A program made the translations under genes and the position numbers. A DNA stretch of 64,000 bases, taken from Enterobacteria phage vB_EcoM_IME540. The stretch lies in sequence record MT150133.1. One strand, given 5' to 3'. Below the pieces are notes generated by a model. That model worked only from the letters and a program-made list of their open reading frames with translations, ran no database searches and was not told the DNA's origin. Position 1 is the first letter of the stretch. Each line of letters opens with the position of its first letter. Below are positions 25,993 to 34,499 of this stretch, in pieces.

Positions 25993-26561
25993 TAAAAATC
26001 CAACATTTTTAAATGAATTGTTTTATACTCGATTTCGTACGGGTCTCTTTTGACGGTTTCGATTGCAACAATCTCAAATCGCGATTGGCTGGAGACCATG
26101 AACTCACATTCAGTTTCAACCATATCATAGAGGTCAATACGAGTTTCATCAATTTCAAGGTCGTCTACATTCCCTGCAAGAACAAGGTCGATAGCATGGT
26201 TGTAGTAGTCGAAAATGAACGGTGCATTCCTGAGACTTAAAATGGTTTTGGTTCCGTATTCCCATGCCCCTGCAAACTGACGAGCCTGAGAGTATTGTGT
26301 ACTAAAAGAAGTAACGCGACCAGGAGACCATTGACACCCAACAGAAAGAACTTCAAGTTGCTCAAGTTCTCTGGTGGTAATCCCACGATAAAGCTCTACC
26401 GGAACCGCTGAAGTAACATGCTTACGAACTAGCTTATCAAGGTCGTAATGTAAGTTAGGGTCTTTTTTGGCATCTAGACATTTTTCTAAAAGATTCTGTT
26501 CGTGTTTTGAGAATTTGGAATTGATTCGGTCTTGATAAAGACATTTTTGTTCGATGTTCAT
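25992..26561 (-). CDS. modB: ADP-ribosyltransferase, ModB-like
   Basis: 189 aa with R-S-E signature (LYRGIT ... TSFSTQ ... ETECEF); paralog of the downstream ART. Confidence 0.7.
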   Translation of the reverse strand: MNIEQKCLYQDRINSKFSKHEQNLLEKCLDAKKDPNLHYDLDKLVRKHVTSAVPVELYRGITTRELEQLEVLSVGCQWSPGRVTSFSTQYSQARQFAGAWEYGTKTILSLRNAPFIFDYYNHAIDLVLAGNVDDLEIDETRIDLYDMVETECEFMVSSQSRFEIVAIETVKRDPYEIEYKTIHLKMLDF

Positions 26562-26585
26562 ATGACCTCCAGTGATTTAGAGGTC

Positions 26586-26614
26586 ATTATAACATGAAGG
26601 GAGGAGGTGTAAAA
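26586..26614 (-). promoter_or_regulatory. early promoter-like element (-35 TTTTAC, -10 TATAAT)
   Basis: Spacer ACCTCC is complementary to the SD GGAGGT of the downstream gene. Confidence 0.5.
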
Positions 26615-26616
26615 CT

Positions 26617-26805
26617 TTATTTTACCCAAGGAGCCCAGGGTGGAGGGTCTAAGTAATAAGAAGCTAGGTCACTAAGAACATCTTTAGGCAACTTAAAACC
26701 ATGCTTCTGTATAATCATATCAAGTTCGTTGACGAGGTCAACAGGCGGCTCCTGAGTTGTTTCAGGCTCAGGGTCCGGAATGACAAACATATCAAATAAG
26801 TCCAT
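26617..26805 (-). CDS. hypothetical acidic protein (62 aa)
   Basis: ORF in gene string, start abuts upstream stop. Confidence 0.5.
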   Translation of the reverse strand: MDLFDMFVIPDPEPETTQEPPVDLVNELDMIIQKHGFKLPKDVLSDLASYYLDPPPWAPWVK

Positions 26806-27296
26806 TAGTAACCACCGATAGGACCGTAGCCATACATACGAGCTCGCGCCTTAGCATCGCAAATAGCGTCTTCAGTCATGGTAAAGCGCAATCCAATATC
26901 AAAGTGTTTCCAAATCTGACGTTCGACTTCAGTAAGGTCTTCGGTGGTGGAAATCAAATATGTATGACCTTTAAGACGCTCATTTGCCATTTTATCTCTA
27001 TCTTTATAGAAAATGTCCATTGTTCCTTCAGCATAAGGGTCTGCCGGATAACGATAACCCTTGATATGTAATGCTTCGGCCAGGCTAAAAGGACAACCTT
27101 CAGCAACATCAACATTTTTATTATGATACGCCTTCATTAGAATATTTTCTGGCGGCTTAATATCTTTTAATCGTGTTTCTAACTGGGTTATAGAATTCGT
27201 GCCATTATCGACAAGGATAAGACATGCCGTAGCATCATAAGGTCGCGTTTGTCCGGCAGAATCACGTACATGGAATTCGAGTTCATAGACTTTCAT
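26805..27296 (-). CDS. hypothetical protein (163 aa)
   Basis: Co-directional ORF between modB and soc; no motif recognised. Confidence 0.65.
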   Translation of the reverse strand: MKVYELEFHVRDSAGQTRPYDATACLILVDNGTNSITQLETRLKDIKPPENILMKAYHNKNVDVAEGCPFSLAEALHIKGYRYPADPYAEGTMDIFYKDRDKMANERLKGHTYLISTTEDLTEVERQIWKHFDIGLRFTMTEDAICDAKARARMYGYGPIGGY

Positions 27297-27449
27297 TATA
27301 TTTTCCTCTTTTTAGTTTACCTACTAAAGGACCATCCGGAATTTTATTTTCTTGGATGTATTTCTCGTTTTCTTCCATCATTTTACTACCAATTTTAAGA
27401 AGCAAATCCAGTGCCTCTTTAGCTTGTTTTTCGGCCTCTTCAGTAGTCA
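27291..27449 (-). CDS. hypothetical small protein (about 52 aa)
   Basis: Sub-threshold [39 protein letters not shown]... whose ATG overlaps the upstream stop (ATGA); fills an otherwise non-coding gap; coordinates approximate. Confidence 0.35.
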
Positions 27450-27650
27450 TGATTTATCCCCATAGATGTCACGCATAATTCTAAGAGCTTCGCGTTCTAA
27501 TTTCTTTTCGCGTTCTTCACGGATACCTTTAAGAATCCATTCTTCGGACTCGCGTTTCATTTCTGCATTAGCTTGGTCCAACCACCCGTCATCAAGATAA
27601 TCACCAGGACGGTCTAGCCAATCTTTAAGCCATGATAAAGGTTTCATCAA
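27447..27650 (-). CDS. hypothetical protein (67 aa)
   Basis: ATGA overlap with upstream gene. Confidence 0.55.
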   Translation of the reverse strand: MMKPLSWLKDWLDRPGDYLDDGWLDQANAEMKRESEEWILKGIREEREKKLEREALRIMRDIYGDKS

Positions 27651-27964
27651 TCACACGAGCCGGACGATGAGCCACAGCTTCCTGAGTCAGAATAAGACGA
27701 ATCGCCGGTCCATGAACTAACAGCAGCCGCAACCATAATAGGAGTACTATCAATATGGCTTGTGCGACGAGCTTCTAAATGTTCTTTAAACTTTTTAGAA
27801 TTCAAAGGAAGGGCACCCAGGCCCACATTACCTGCTTTTTCAGGTTGCCGTATAACTTCTTCCATCATACCATCGCCCACATAAACATATTCCTTCAGAC
27901 CTGAGATAGGAACCACCCCTTCACCAGGTTTGGTCTTGAAAAAATTCTTAAGCCAACGAATCAT
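27647..27964 (-). CDS. hypothetical protein (105 aa)
   Basis: ATGA overlap with upstream gene; Ser/Gly/Cys-rich C-terminus. Confidence 0.6.
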   Translation of the reverse strand: MIRWLKNFFKTKPGEGVVPISGLKEYVYVGDGMMEEVIRQPEKAGNVGLGALPLNSKKFKEHLEARRTSHIDSTPIMVAAAVSSWTGDSSYSDSGSCGSSSGSCD

Positions 27965-28170
27965 AGGAAACCTCGTTTAAATTCAACTTTATCAATATCA
28001 TCAGTCTCGTGACGGATTTCGGCATTAAATTCGATAGAACCGTCTTCATGCATCATAAATGAATGGACAATAACTTCGGTATACCAAGGCGTATAGAAGT
28101 ACTTTTTCAATACATGATTAGCGATAATTTCATCTAAAGTTTTATTTGGTTTAATCCAACGATTTAACAT
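27961..28170 (-). CDS. hypothetical protein (69 aa)
   Basis: Track ORF start lies inside the promoter; ATG MLNRWIKPN follows SD GAGGAG. Confidence 0.55.
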   Translation of the reverse strand: MLNRWIKPNKTLDEIIANHVLKKYFYTPWYTEVIVHSFMMHEDGSIEFNAEIRHETDDIDKVEFKRGFL

Positions 28171-28196
28171 AGCATTCTCCTCTATAAGATAAGACC

Positions 28197-28226
28197 ATCT
28201 TAACATAACCTTCTTAGAAAGTAAAC
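28197..28226 (-). promoter_or_regulatory. early promoter-like element (-35 GTTTAC, 18 nt, -10 TAAGAT)
   Basis: Immediately downstream of the soc terminator. Confidence 0.5.
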
Positions 28227-28236
28227 CCTTAAAACC

Positions 28237-28258
28237 AAAAAAGGAACCCGAAGGTTCC
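28237..28258 (-). terminator. intrinsic terminator (GGAACC-TTCG-GGTTCC plus TTTTTT)
   Basis: Same hairpin sequence as at 878 and 62683; directly after soc stop. Confidence 0.65.
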
Positions 28259-28264
28259 TTATAA

Positions 28265-28498
28265 TTAAACTACTGGGGTAGGCGTAAACATCGCCGCGTT
28301 CTTAGTTCGCCAATCGGCTGCATCAGTTACTACAGTAGTGTATGCCGCCTTTTCAGAAGGAAATGTCTGATAGTGTGCATTCGCAATACGATGCTCGTTT
28401 GAATAGATTTCAAACGGAACAGATACTTCAACACCTTTAACTTCTTTACCTTCACCAGCCGGATGCGTAAAGGTTTTGATATTAACGAAACCACCCAT
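28265..28498 (-). CDS. soc: small outer capsid protein Soc
   Basis: 77 aa; matches recalled T4 Soc (G.VNIKTF, AHYQTFPSEKAAY.TV); SD AAGGAG. Confidence 0.9.
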   Translation of the reverse strand: MGGFVNIKTFTHPAGEGKEVKGVEVSVPFEIYSNEHRIANAHYQTFPSEKAAYTTVVTDAADWRTKNAAMFTPTPVV

Positions 28499-28529
28499 AA
28501 TTAACTCCTTTGTTGTTTAATTACAGGTG

Positions 28530-28537
28530 TATTTATA
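28530..28537 (-). promoter_or_regulatory. late promoter core TATAAATA
   Basis: Exact TATAAATA on minus strand 31 nt upstream of soc ATG; soc is a late gene in T4. Confidence 0.6.
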
Positions 28538-28539
28538 AC

Positions 28540-29058
28540 TTAATAACCTCGGTCCTGGCGAGCAAAGTTCTCGGCATTTTTCAGATAATACAGTTTAAAG
28601 ATTTCTTCAGCAGTCAGACCAAGACCTTGGAACATATTCAGAACGAAATGGAGAATATCGATCATTTCAAATTTAATTTCGAGCTGGTCTTCAGGAGACA
28701 AATCGTTAATCAAGGTTTCACGACGTTCAGCATGCTGAGCTTTCCAAGGCTTCCATACTGCTGATGCATCTTTTTCACCATTGCTCATACCACCAAGAGA
28801 AGTCAGAAGTTCACGGAATTCATCATCAATATAATCTTTCTGATTACGCAGCCAATCAACAACTTCACCTGCAGTAGCCAAATCATCAGGATGACGGTTG
28901 TATTCAGGTTTATCTTTAGATAAACGGACCTGTAATGATTTCTGCATATCAAGCATAACCTGCAGAGGGTCTTTATCTTCATGAATCAGAGCATTAAAAT
29001 AAGCTTCCTCAGCTTTATCAACACCAGCAATTAGGTTTGCGCATTCGTTAAAGTGTGC
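28540..29058 (-). CDS. 56: dCTPase/dUTPase gp56 (MazG-like)
   Basis: Matches recalled T4 gp56 (MAHFNECA.LI.GVDKA, DPLQVMLDMQ, CIDDEFRELLTSLG, EEIFKLYYLKN.ENFARQDRGY); track ORF has an upstream alternative start. Confidence 0.92.
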   Translation of the reverse strand, partial: AHFNECANLIAGVDKAEEAYFNALIHEDKDPLQVMLDMQKSLQVRLSKDKPEYNRHPDDLATAGEVVDWLRNQKDYIDDEFRELLTSLGGMSNGEKDASAVWKPWKAQHAERRETLINDLSPEDQLEIKFEMIDILHFVLNMFQGLGLTAEEIFKLYYLKNAENFARQDRGY

Positions 29059-29151
29059 CATTATATTTTTCCTTTTCAATTCATTAGTAAGTTAGATAAT
29101 TATAAACTGTTAGATTAAAGCGAATAAATATTAATTTAACAGGAGGATAAC

Positions 29152-29352
29152 ATGGGCAGTATTTTTTACCAAATCTGGAAATTGGCCGAAAAGAAAGACA
29201 AGAAAATGATGTTAGGTTTTCTTGCGCTAGACGTATTCCTTTGGAATCTTTTAGTAGTCCCTGTAGCCGCTAGCCAAGGGATAATTTTACCAGCGGTTAC
29301 AATGGAACACGTATTAAGCATAATTGGATTCTTTAGCGGAATTCCTGCCTAA
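29152..29352 (+). CDS. small membrane protein (66 aa) on the opposite strand
   Basis: Strong SD AGGAGG 5 nt before ATG; hydrophobic segments (MMLGFLALDVFLWNLLVVPVAA, VLSIIGFFSGIPA); late-promoter-like AATAAATA about 22 nt upstream; 3' end converges on the primase stop. Confidence 0.5.
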   Translation: MGSIFYQIWKLAEKKDKKMMLGFLALDVFLWNLLVVPVAASQGIILPAVTMEHVLSIIGFFSGIPA

Positions 29353-30377
29353 ATTTTGGAATATTTCGAAAGTCTCATTTTAGCCATTAGACCTTGGGCT
29401 ATATTAGCTTTCATATATGCCAGTACATCATTTATATCAGCTTTATCTTTCATAATCATATCATTTATATCTTTAGAAGGCCATGGAGCCTTGTCCCAGA
29501 ATAGAACCCTTTCGCCGGCATCAACTAATCGTTGCATACGCTTAATTGTGTCAGGATGGCGGGGTTCATTGTCCATTACCCAGGCACGAGTTTCTTTACA
29601 TGGAACCATAGCCAAGTCCAACGACCCGCCAGTAATTGCTATTGCATTCGGTACGAATAATGAATCGATAGGACCTTCCATTACCCACACCAACTGACGT
29701 TCGTCGACAGTATCCATTCCATATATTTTTGTAGCTTGGTCATGAGCTTTTATTGTAATATATTTTTGTGGAGCATCTTTACGTAAGGCTCGACCCTGAA
29801 AACTTTCTATTTGTTTATCCTTATTGAAAATAGGAATAACCAAACGAGGCTCAGGCATTTCTTTAGAATAGGTCCCTGGATTGACAGAGTTCACCAATGC
29901 CGGCCATTCTTTAGTAAACCATAAGCGATTCCATTTGTTTTCAGGAATGCAACGTAGTGTTACATATTTGATAATAGGATGGTCCTTCGGCATTCTATCT
30001 AATCGTTCGCAGAAATTAAGCTTTTCGATAACGGGCATCTTAGCTTTAATTTTTTCAGATATCTCCACCTTAGGTGCAGCTTGTCTCCCGAACGATTGCT
30101 CTTTATGTTTCTCAAGAATATATTCTCGATATAAATCCGGCTCGTATTCGTATAGATACTTCTTAATTCCTGCCGAATAGTCGCAGTTAAAACAGTGCAG
30201 CATTACGGAGCCATCATTAGCCGGATAGGCCCAAAAACGAGCTTTGTTCTCATCTTTTTGGGAGTCGCCACATACACGACAACGACAGTTTAATTTAAAA
30301 TCACTACCAGTTACTTGTCTGAATTTAGGTTGGTAATTCAAGGCACGTACAGCAAATTCTCTATCGACATATGACAT
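29349..30377 (-). CDS. 61: DNA primase gp61
   Basis: 342 aa; matches recalled T4 gp61 (zinc ribbon CRVCGDS...NK.R.W, EPRLVIPI.N, FQGRALKKDAPQKYITI, LDNEPRHPDTIKRM.KLVDAGERV.FWDK, NIAQGLMAKMRLSKY.KI). Confidence 0.95.
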   Translation of the reverse strand: MSYVDREFAVRALNYQPKFRQVTGSDFKLNCRCRVCGDSQKDENKARFWAYPANDGSVMLHCFNCDYSAGIKKYLYEYEPDLYREYILEKHKEQSFGRQAAPKVEISEKIKAKMPVIEKLNFCERLDRMPKDHPIIKYVTLRCIPENKWNRLWFTKEWPALVNSVNPGTYSKEMPEPRLVIPIFNKDKQIESFQGRALRKDAPQKYITIKAHDQATKIYGMDTVDERQLVWVMEGPIDSLFVPNAIAITGGSLDLAMVPCKETRAWVMDNEPRHPDTIKRMQRLVDAGERVLFWDKAPWPSKDINDMIMKDKADINDVLAYMKANIAQGLMAKMRLSKYSKI

Positions 30378-30389
30378 TATTTTTCCTTG

Positions 30390-30415
30390 GGCTCTAAATT
30401 AATAGAGCCATTATA
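30390..30415 (-). promoter_or_regulatory. TGa-extended -10 TATAAT followed by 7-bp hairpin in primase leader
   Basis: TATAAT 32 nt upstream of gene 61 ATG, then GGCTCTA-TTAATT-TAGAGCC and SD AAGGAAAAA; no good -35. Confidence 0.4.
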
Positions 30416-30577
30416 TCATTCGTTTTCGGATTTTTCTTTACGCTTTTTAGATGGGATTTGTTCAGGCCCTTTGTTGACGACCGCGCCTGAGGTAGTTCCG
30501 GAGGCAATATTAGATGGGTTACCACCTGCATCGCCTGCGACCATATCTTCGTTCATAACTTCTTTAAAAGATTTCAT
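30416..30577 (-). CDS. hypothetical small hydrophilic protein (53 aa)
   Basis: Sub-threshold ORF MKSFKEVMNEDMVAGDAGGNPSNIASGTTSGAVVNKGPEQIPSKKRKEKSENE with SD AGGAG and a late promoter TATAAATA just upstream; a TTG-initiated plus-strand track ORF overlaps antisense. Confidence 0.4.
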   Translation of the reverse strand: MKSFKEVMNEDMVAGDAGGNPSNIASGTTSGAVVNKGPEQIPSKKRKEKSENE

Positions 30578-30590
30578 AGGCTCCTGGCCT

Positions 30591-30598
30591 TATTTATA
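30591..30598 (-). promoter_or_regulatory. late promoter core TATAAATA
   Basis: Exact TATAAATA on minus strand overlapping the stop of ORF 30594..30785. Confidence 0.4.
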
Positions 30599-30785
30599 TT
30601 ACGAAAATAGCTTTATCACCATTCGCATCAGTGACTTCATAGGTATCTTCATGATACAGTGGGATAATCCAAGTCACACCATCACCGGCAATAATATGGA
30701 TAGCTTCTTGGTCCTTTGATACGATTTCATACTCTTCGAATAATTCGAATACAGAAATCTTAGAGCCCGTACACATTGCACTCAT
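30594..30785 (-). CDS. hypothetical protein (63 aa)
   Basis: Co-directional ORF in gene string. Confidence 0.5.
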   Translation of the reverse strand: MSAMCTGSKISVFELFEEYEIVSKDQEAIHIIAGDGVTWIIPLYHEDTYEVTDANGDKAIFVI

Positions 30786-30981
30786 ATTGTTCCCTTCTTT
30801 TAATCAGTTTACGATGAGCCTTTTTAAGTTTACGAAGCTGGCGTTTAGTTGGTCGCGCAACATAAGCTTGAGTAGTTACTCGTCCAAAAACACCGTACTT
30901 AGGTGAAGGAGAATCGATAAAGACTTCCCACTGACAAGAGTAACTATACACTGCTTTAGAGAATTGGGTTAAGACAAACAT
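30760..30981 (-). CDS. small basic protein, PTKRQ-motif paralog family (copy A)
   Basis: 73 aa; C-terminal motif ARPTKRQLRKLKK shared with ORFs at 31769, 55872 and 62703. Confidence 0.55.
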   Translation of the reverse strand: MFVLTQFSKAVYSYSCQWEVFIDSPSPKYGVFGRVTTQAYVARPTKRQLRKLKKAHRKLIKRREQYECNVYGL

Positions 30982-30982
30982 A

Positions 30983-31423
30983 TTAACCTCGATTCATAAA
31001 AGCATTAAAAATTTGGTCATCAATTGAATAAACCGGGGCTTCCAGAATTTTCAACAGACTATTTTTGATATACTTGCTAGGGATATCCATGTTAATGCCG
31101 TCATTCAATTCATTGTCCGGGAGGATATCTTTAAATTCAAACCCATCAAACTCAACCCTATCAGGAATACCATCAGCGAAAAAATAAACCAATTGGTGCA
31201 TTGCATTGCACGAAAATAATTTAGACTTGACCGCAATAAGTTCTTGCCAATGGTTTAATTCTCTGTTAAGGAGTTTACGAGCAAATATAATTCTATCATC
31301 ACTATCAACAAGAAAATAACCTAGGTATTGGTGGTCGTCGCTCCAATACATCCTGTATGCTTGCGCATTTGGATTTTTACAACGAAGTTTTTTGATAACT
31401 AAATTTCTGTTAATCTTATTCAC
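30983..31423 (-). CDS. hypothetical protein (146 aa)
   Basis: ORF in 61-to-41 intergenic gene set. Confidence 0.65.
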   Translation of the reverse strand: MNKINRNLVIKKLRCKNPNAQAYRMYWSDDHQYLGYFLVDSDDRIIFARKLLNRELNHWQELIAVKSKLFSCNAMHQLVYFFADGIPDRVEFDGFEFKDILPDNELNDGINMDIPSKYIKNSLLKILEAPVYSIDDQIFNAFMNRG

Positions 31424-31709
31424 CTGTCACCTCTTTAACGATATTTTTGTTATCGAAATTGGCATCGCAATACAAAACATAGTTATATTGCATAACACCG
31501 CCTGAAGCTAATTGGTCTGACACTTCTTTAGCCATATCAGGGCGGTCGCGTTTAGTGATGTTCATTATATCAGCATAAATCTGATGTTCGACTGATTCTT
31601 GGTCTGCAGTCATAGACCATTCACAAAGGTCTTTATCCAATCCAGCCGTAACTGGAGCGGTGCCACATGATGCTACTGTAAGGATTGCTGCGATTAATAA
31701 CTTTTTCAT
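31416..31709 (-). CDS. sp: spackle periplasmic protein Sp (superinfection exclusion, lysozyme inhibitor)
   Basis: Track ORF trimmed to ATG MKKLLIAAILTVASC; matches recalled T4 Sp (DKDLCEWSMTADQ, IMNI.KRDRP.M, GGVMQYNYVLYCD.NF.NKNI); 97 aa. Confidence 0.85.
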   Translation of the reverse strand: MKKLLIAAILTVASCGTAPVTAGLDKDLCEWSMTADQESVEHQIYADIMNITKRDRPDMAKEVSDQLASGGVMQYNYVLYCDANFDNKNIVKEVTGE

Positions 31710-31737
31710 TTTTAACTCCTCGTTAGTTGATAGGTCT

Positions 31738-31767
31738 ATAGTATCACTACCATAGACCGTTGTAAAC
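31738..31767 (-). promoter_or_regulatory. early promoter (-35 GTTTAC, 18 nt, TGa-extended -10 TACTAT)
   Basis: Followed by leader AGACCTATCAACTAACGAGGAG; spacer GGTCTAT is complementary to leader ATAGACC. Confidence 0.6.
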
Positions 31768-31768
31768 A

Positions 31769-32008
31769 CTATTTCAACGAATCTTCCAAATAAATTTTAC
31801 GGAATTTACGTTTTGTCTGACGAATCTGACGCTTAGTAGGTTTCACAGGAAAATCGAAGAACTCTACGTATTCTTGTTCATAATCGTTGTGACCGACTGA
31901 AAGAACCAGTTCCCAGTTGCTTACGGTACGTTGGATAAACATGTTATGCTTACCAAAAGATTTATTCCAAAAAGAACTAGGAGTTGGTTTCATTAAGGTA
32001 ATATTCAT
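31769..32008 (-). CDS. small basic protein, PTKRQ-motif paralog family (copy B)
   Basis: 79 aa; motif VKPTKRQIRQTKRKFRK. Confidence 0.6.
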   Translation of the reverse strand: MNITLMKPTPSSFWNKSFGKHNMFIQRTVSNWELVLSVGHNDYEQEYVEFFDFPVKPTKRQIRQTKRKFRKIYLEDSLK

Positions 32009-32149
32009 TTATTCCTCACCTTCATGTTTATGAGCAATTTCTTCGAATTCGCTGTCACAGTCTAAACAGGTTGCGTTATCCCAAGCATCAAATACCGCTT
32101 GGTCTTCATAGACTGAACAACCACATACTACACATTCAAATTCTTCCAT
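32009..32149 (-). CDS. hypothetical zinc-ribbon micro-protein (46 aa)
   Basis: Sub-threshold ORF MEEFECVVCGCSVYEDQAVFDAWDNATCLDCDSEFEEIAHKHEGEE with two CxxC pairs; ATG directly after dmd stop, using SD GAGGAAAT at the dmd 3' end. Confidence 0.4.
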   Translation of the reverse strand: MEEFECVVCGCSVYEDQAVFDAWDNATCLDCDSEFEEIAHKHEGEE

Positions 32150-32344
32150 TTAGATTTCCTCAATGCGAGCATCATGTTCATAAACTTCTACGTCGTCGAC
32201 ATAGGCCTTGACTAGAATACTATTGACTTCAGCGAATTGGGTAGCCACCCACACAATATCGTTTTCACGCACTGAAGCTTCTTTGGTAGCGGTATCACCG
32301 TTGGCGAAATGGCCGACAAATTTTACTTTAATTGATTCAGACAT
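32150..32344 (-). CDS. dmd: Dmd antitoxin (inhibitor of host RnlA/LsoA RNase toxins)
   Basis: 64 aa; matches recalled T4 Dmd (VWVATQFAEVN..LVKA..DD..V versus T4 VQWATTQYAEVNKALVKAFIDDKKV); located between 61 and 41. Confidence 0.8.
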   Translation of the reverse strand: MSESIKVKFVGHFANGDTATKEASVRENDIVWVATQFAEVNSILVKAYVDDVEVYEHDARIEEI

Positions 32345-32662
32345 TTAGATTTCCTCGCAGAAGGCCCATTCAGCATGATAAACCGTAGCGCCTTTAGTAT
32401 CATTTAAACAAACCACATCCACCGGAGCAATTACACGATAAAGACGGGGTTCTCCTCCCACTGAACGAGCTGCACGTCCAGCATAAATCTTAGCCAAACC
32501 GATATCTTCAGTAAAGAACACACGATTTAGGTTTTTCTTACGACCGGTTTCAGACAGAACTCCTGTTTCCTCAGGAGGACAAAGCATATTACCGATATTA
32601 GCGACACTACAACTTCCATGGTAATACACTTTATATTCTGCTTTACAGTCGATGGTTTTCAT
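32345..32662 (-). CDS. hypothetical protein (105 aa)
   Basis: Track ORF begins at TTG; ATG MKTIDCK after SD GGAGAA; contains YYHGS and RLYRV motifs of unknown significance. Confidence 0.6.
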   Translation of the reverse strand: MKTIDCKAEYKVYYHGSCSVANIGNMLCPPEETGVLSETGRKKNLNRVFFTEDIGLAKIYAGRAARSVGGEPRLYRVIAPVDVVCLNDTKGATVYHAEWAFCEEI

Positions 32663-32686
32663 TTTGTTCTCCAAGTTGATAGGTCT

Positions 32687-32715
32687 ATAGTATCACGCCT
32701 ACAGGAGATGTAAAC
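32687..32715 (-). promoter_or_regulatory. early promoter (-35 GTTTAC, TGa-extended -10 TACTAT)
   Basis: Immediately downstream of the gene 41 terminator; leader AGACCTATCAACTTGGAG. Confidence 0.6.
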
Positions 32716-32719
32716 CCTT

Positions 32720-32745
32720 AAAAACAAAAAAGGAGCCGAAGCTCC
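32720..32745 (-). terminator. intrinsic terminator (GGAGC-TTCG-GCTCC plus TTTTTTGTTTTT)
   Basis: Hairpin begins at the gene 41 stop codon and is followed by a long T-run. Confidence 0.65.
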
Positions 32746-34185
32746 TTAAAATTTGATAGATGCTGCTAAATCGTCCAAATCACTTCTATTAACACGCGTC
32801 TGTCGATTGACCTCGGCCTGGCGATTCATCTCACCTGTAGCCTCACGAACAGTGTTCACTGGGCCTGGGTTGGAATCATCTTCAACTTCGTACCAACGTT
32901 GATTTCCTTTCTTAACGCCAATCTTAAATTTGTTGTAGTAGCTCTTATCGCCATAACGAGATTTAAGCTGCTTAACCATCTGCATACCCATCTGAGCGAA
33001 CTCTTCTGTCTCGACCACACCCAACATGAAGTCTGCAGTATGTGCAATACCAAAGGATTCAGCAATATCGGCCATATCGATTTCGGCTGCAACGTTCGCA
33101 CCACGAGTAGTCTGGGCTGCAGTCCACAACAGTAATTTCTTCTCTACTGCAAGTCCACGTAGTTCTTCAGCAACCATCTTAATCAATCCGTAACTGTTTT
33201 CAGAGAAAACTTTCGTACGAGACGATGCACAGATAGCCAAGTAGTCAACGATAACGACCTGTGGGACAAAGTTTTGTTTGAGCTTGTATTCGTTTAATAA
33301 TGCACGGAATGTATCGGCATTAGCACCGCCAGTAGGATACTGTTTAATCTTTAAACGACCCAAGGTAGCAGTTGAACGCCATTTATCCATCTTAGCTTTA
33401 TATTCAGGCCAAGAGACGTGACCATCGTCAATATCGTCTAGTGATACATCCAGAAGGTTGGCATCGATACGCTTAGCACATACTTCCTCTGCCATCTCCA
33501 TGGAGATATAAAGAACATCGTAACCCGATTGAAGATAATCAGCAGCCAATGAACACAGACCCAGAGACTTACCTACGTTTGTTCCTGCCAACAATACGTT
33601 TTCAGTACCAAACTCAGCACCACCCTTGGTAATCTTATTCAGAATATTAAGACGGAATGGAACCTTACGTGCTTTATCAGAATAACTTTTGAATCGTTCT
33701 TCATAGTCATCCATCCAGTCATGACCTAATTCAGAATCGAAACAAATCGATAATGCATCACGCATGATATCTGGAATAGCACCAATACCTGGAAGTTTTC
33801 TATTTTGTTGCTCAACTGGAAGGTCGGCATTAGTTTGGATTTCAATGATTTTTGAAGTTGCATTATACATCGCTGCTTTCTGAACGTATTTCTCCGTCTC
33901 TTTAACCAACCATTCTTGGTCTTCAGGCCCGGAGTTCAGCGAACTTAAAAGCTCTTTAGCGCCTTGATGTTCAACTTCTGAAAGCGTACTGTTATCTAAT
34001 GCAATGCTCAATGCGTTCTTAGAAGGCACTGCATTATATTCATTGACGTGTTTTTTAATTTCTTTGAAAAGGGTCTTTGCAGGACCCTGGTCAAAATAAG
34101 AATCATTCATATAAGGCCAGACCTTAGTGAAATAATCACTATTGCCTAGCAGTTGAGCCAAAATAGTTTCTACCACTTCCACCAC
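32746..34185 (-). CDS. 41: replicative DNA helicase gp41 (DnaB-like)
   Basis: 479 aa; matches recalled T4 gp41 over long stretches (WLVKETEKYVQ, NATSKIIEIQTNA, KARKVPF.L.ILNKITKGGAE.GT, NVGKSLGLCSLAADYLQ, YISMEMAEEVCAKRIDAN). Confidence 0.97.
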   Translation of the reverse strand: MVEVVETILAQLLGNSDYFTKVWPYMNDSYFDQGPAKTLFKEIKKHVNEYNAVPSKNALSIALDNSTLSEVEHQGAKELLSSLNSGPEDQEWLVKETEKYVQKAAMYNATSKIIEIQTNADLPVEQQNRKLPGIGAIPDIMRDALSICFDSELGHDWMDDYEERFKSYSDKARKVPFRLNILNKITKGGAEFGTENVLLAGTNVGKSLGLCSLAADYLQSGYDVLYISMEMAEEVCAKRIDANLLDVSLDDIDDGHVSWPEYKAKMDKWRSTATLGRLKIKQYPTGGANADTFRALLNEYKLKQNFVPQVVIVDYLAICASSRTKVFSENSYGLIKMVAEELRGLAVEKKLLLWTAAQTTRGANVAAEIDMADIAESFGIAHTADFMLGVVETEEFAQMGMQMVKQLKSRYGDKSYYNKFKIGVKKGNQRWYEVEDDSNPGPVNTVREATGEMNRQAEVNRQTRVNRSDLDDLAASIKF

Positions 34186-34499
34186 CTCTTAGATTTAATT
34201 TTATCCAGTTCTTCTTGTATTTGCATTGTAACACATTTTTCTACATGAAGCGCTAGCTCTTCTTTTCGGTCTTCGGAAGGTGTTCCGAAATCAACCGACA
34301 CTTTTCCATCTTTCTCAATAACAATATTCATCACATAAACGATGTGAGCAGTGCCATCGGGTAAAGTAAGCATAATTTCCTGCTTAACCGATCCCATTGA
34401 CTTACGGATTATATCTAATGATTTCTCATAATAACGAGGGTCACTAGGACCCTCTTCGGTATCTTTAACGAAATTATCTAAATCAGATAAATCAGTCAT
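34170..34499 (-). CDS. 40: hypothetical protein in the gene 40 position
   Basis: 109 aa between uvsX and 41, the T4 uvsX-40-41 arrangement; sequence identity to T4 gp40 not verified. Confidence 0.55.
   Translation of the reverse strand: MTDLSDLDNFVKDTEEGPSDPRYYEKSLDIIRKSMGSVKQEIMLTLPDGTAHIVYVMNIVIEKDGKVSVDFGTPSEDRKEELALHVEKCVTMQIQEELDKIKSKRWWKW

Noticed and set aside
30387-30719. 110-aa plus-strand ORF between primase and downstream genes
   Set aside because: Begins at TTG with no SD, while the minus strand in the same interval carries an SD-preceded ORF and late promoter; judged antisense noise.
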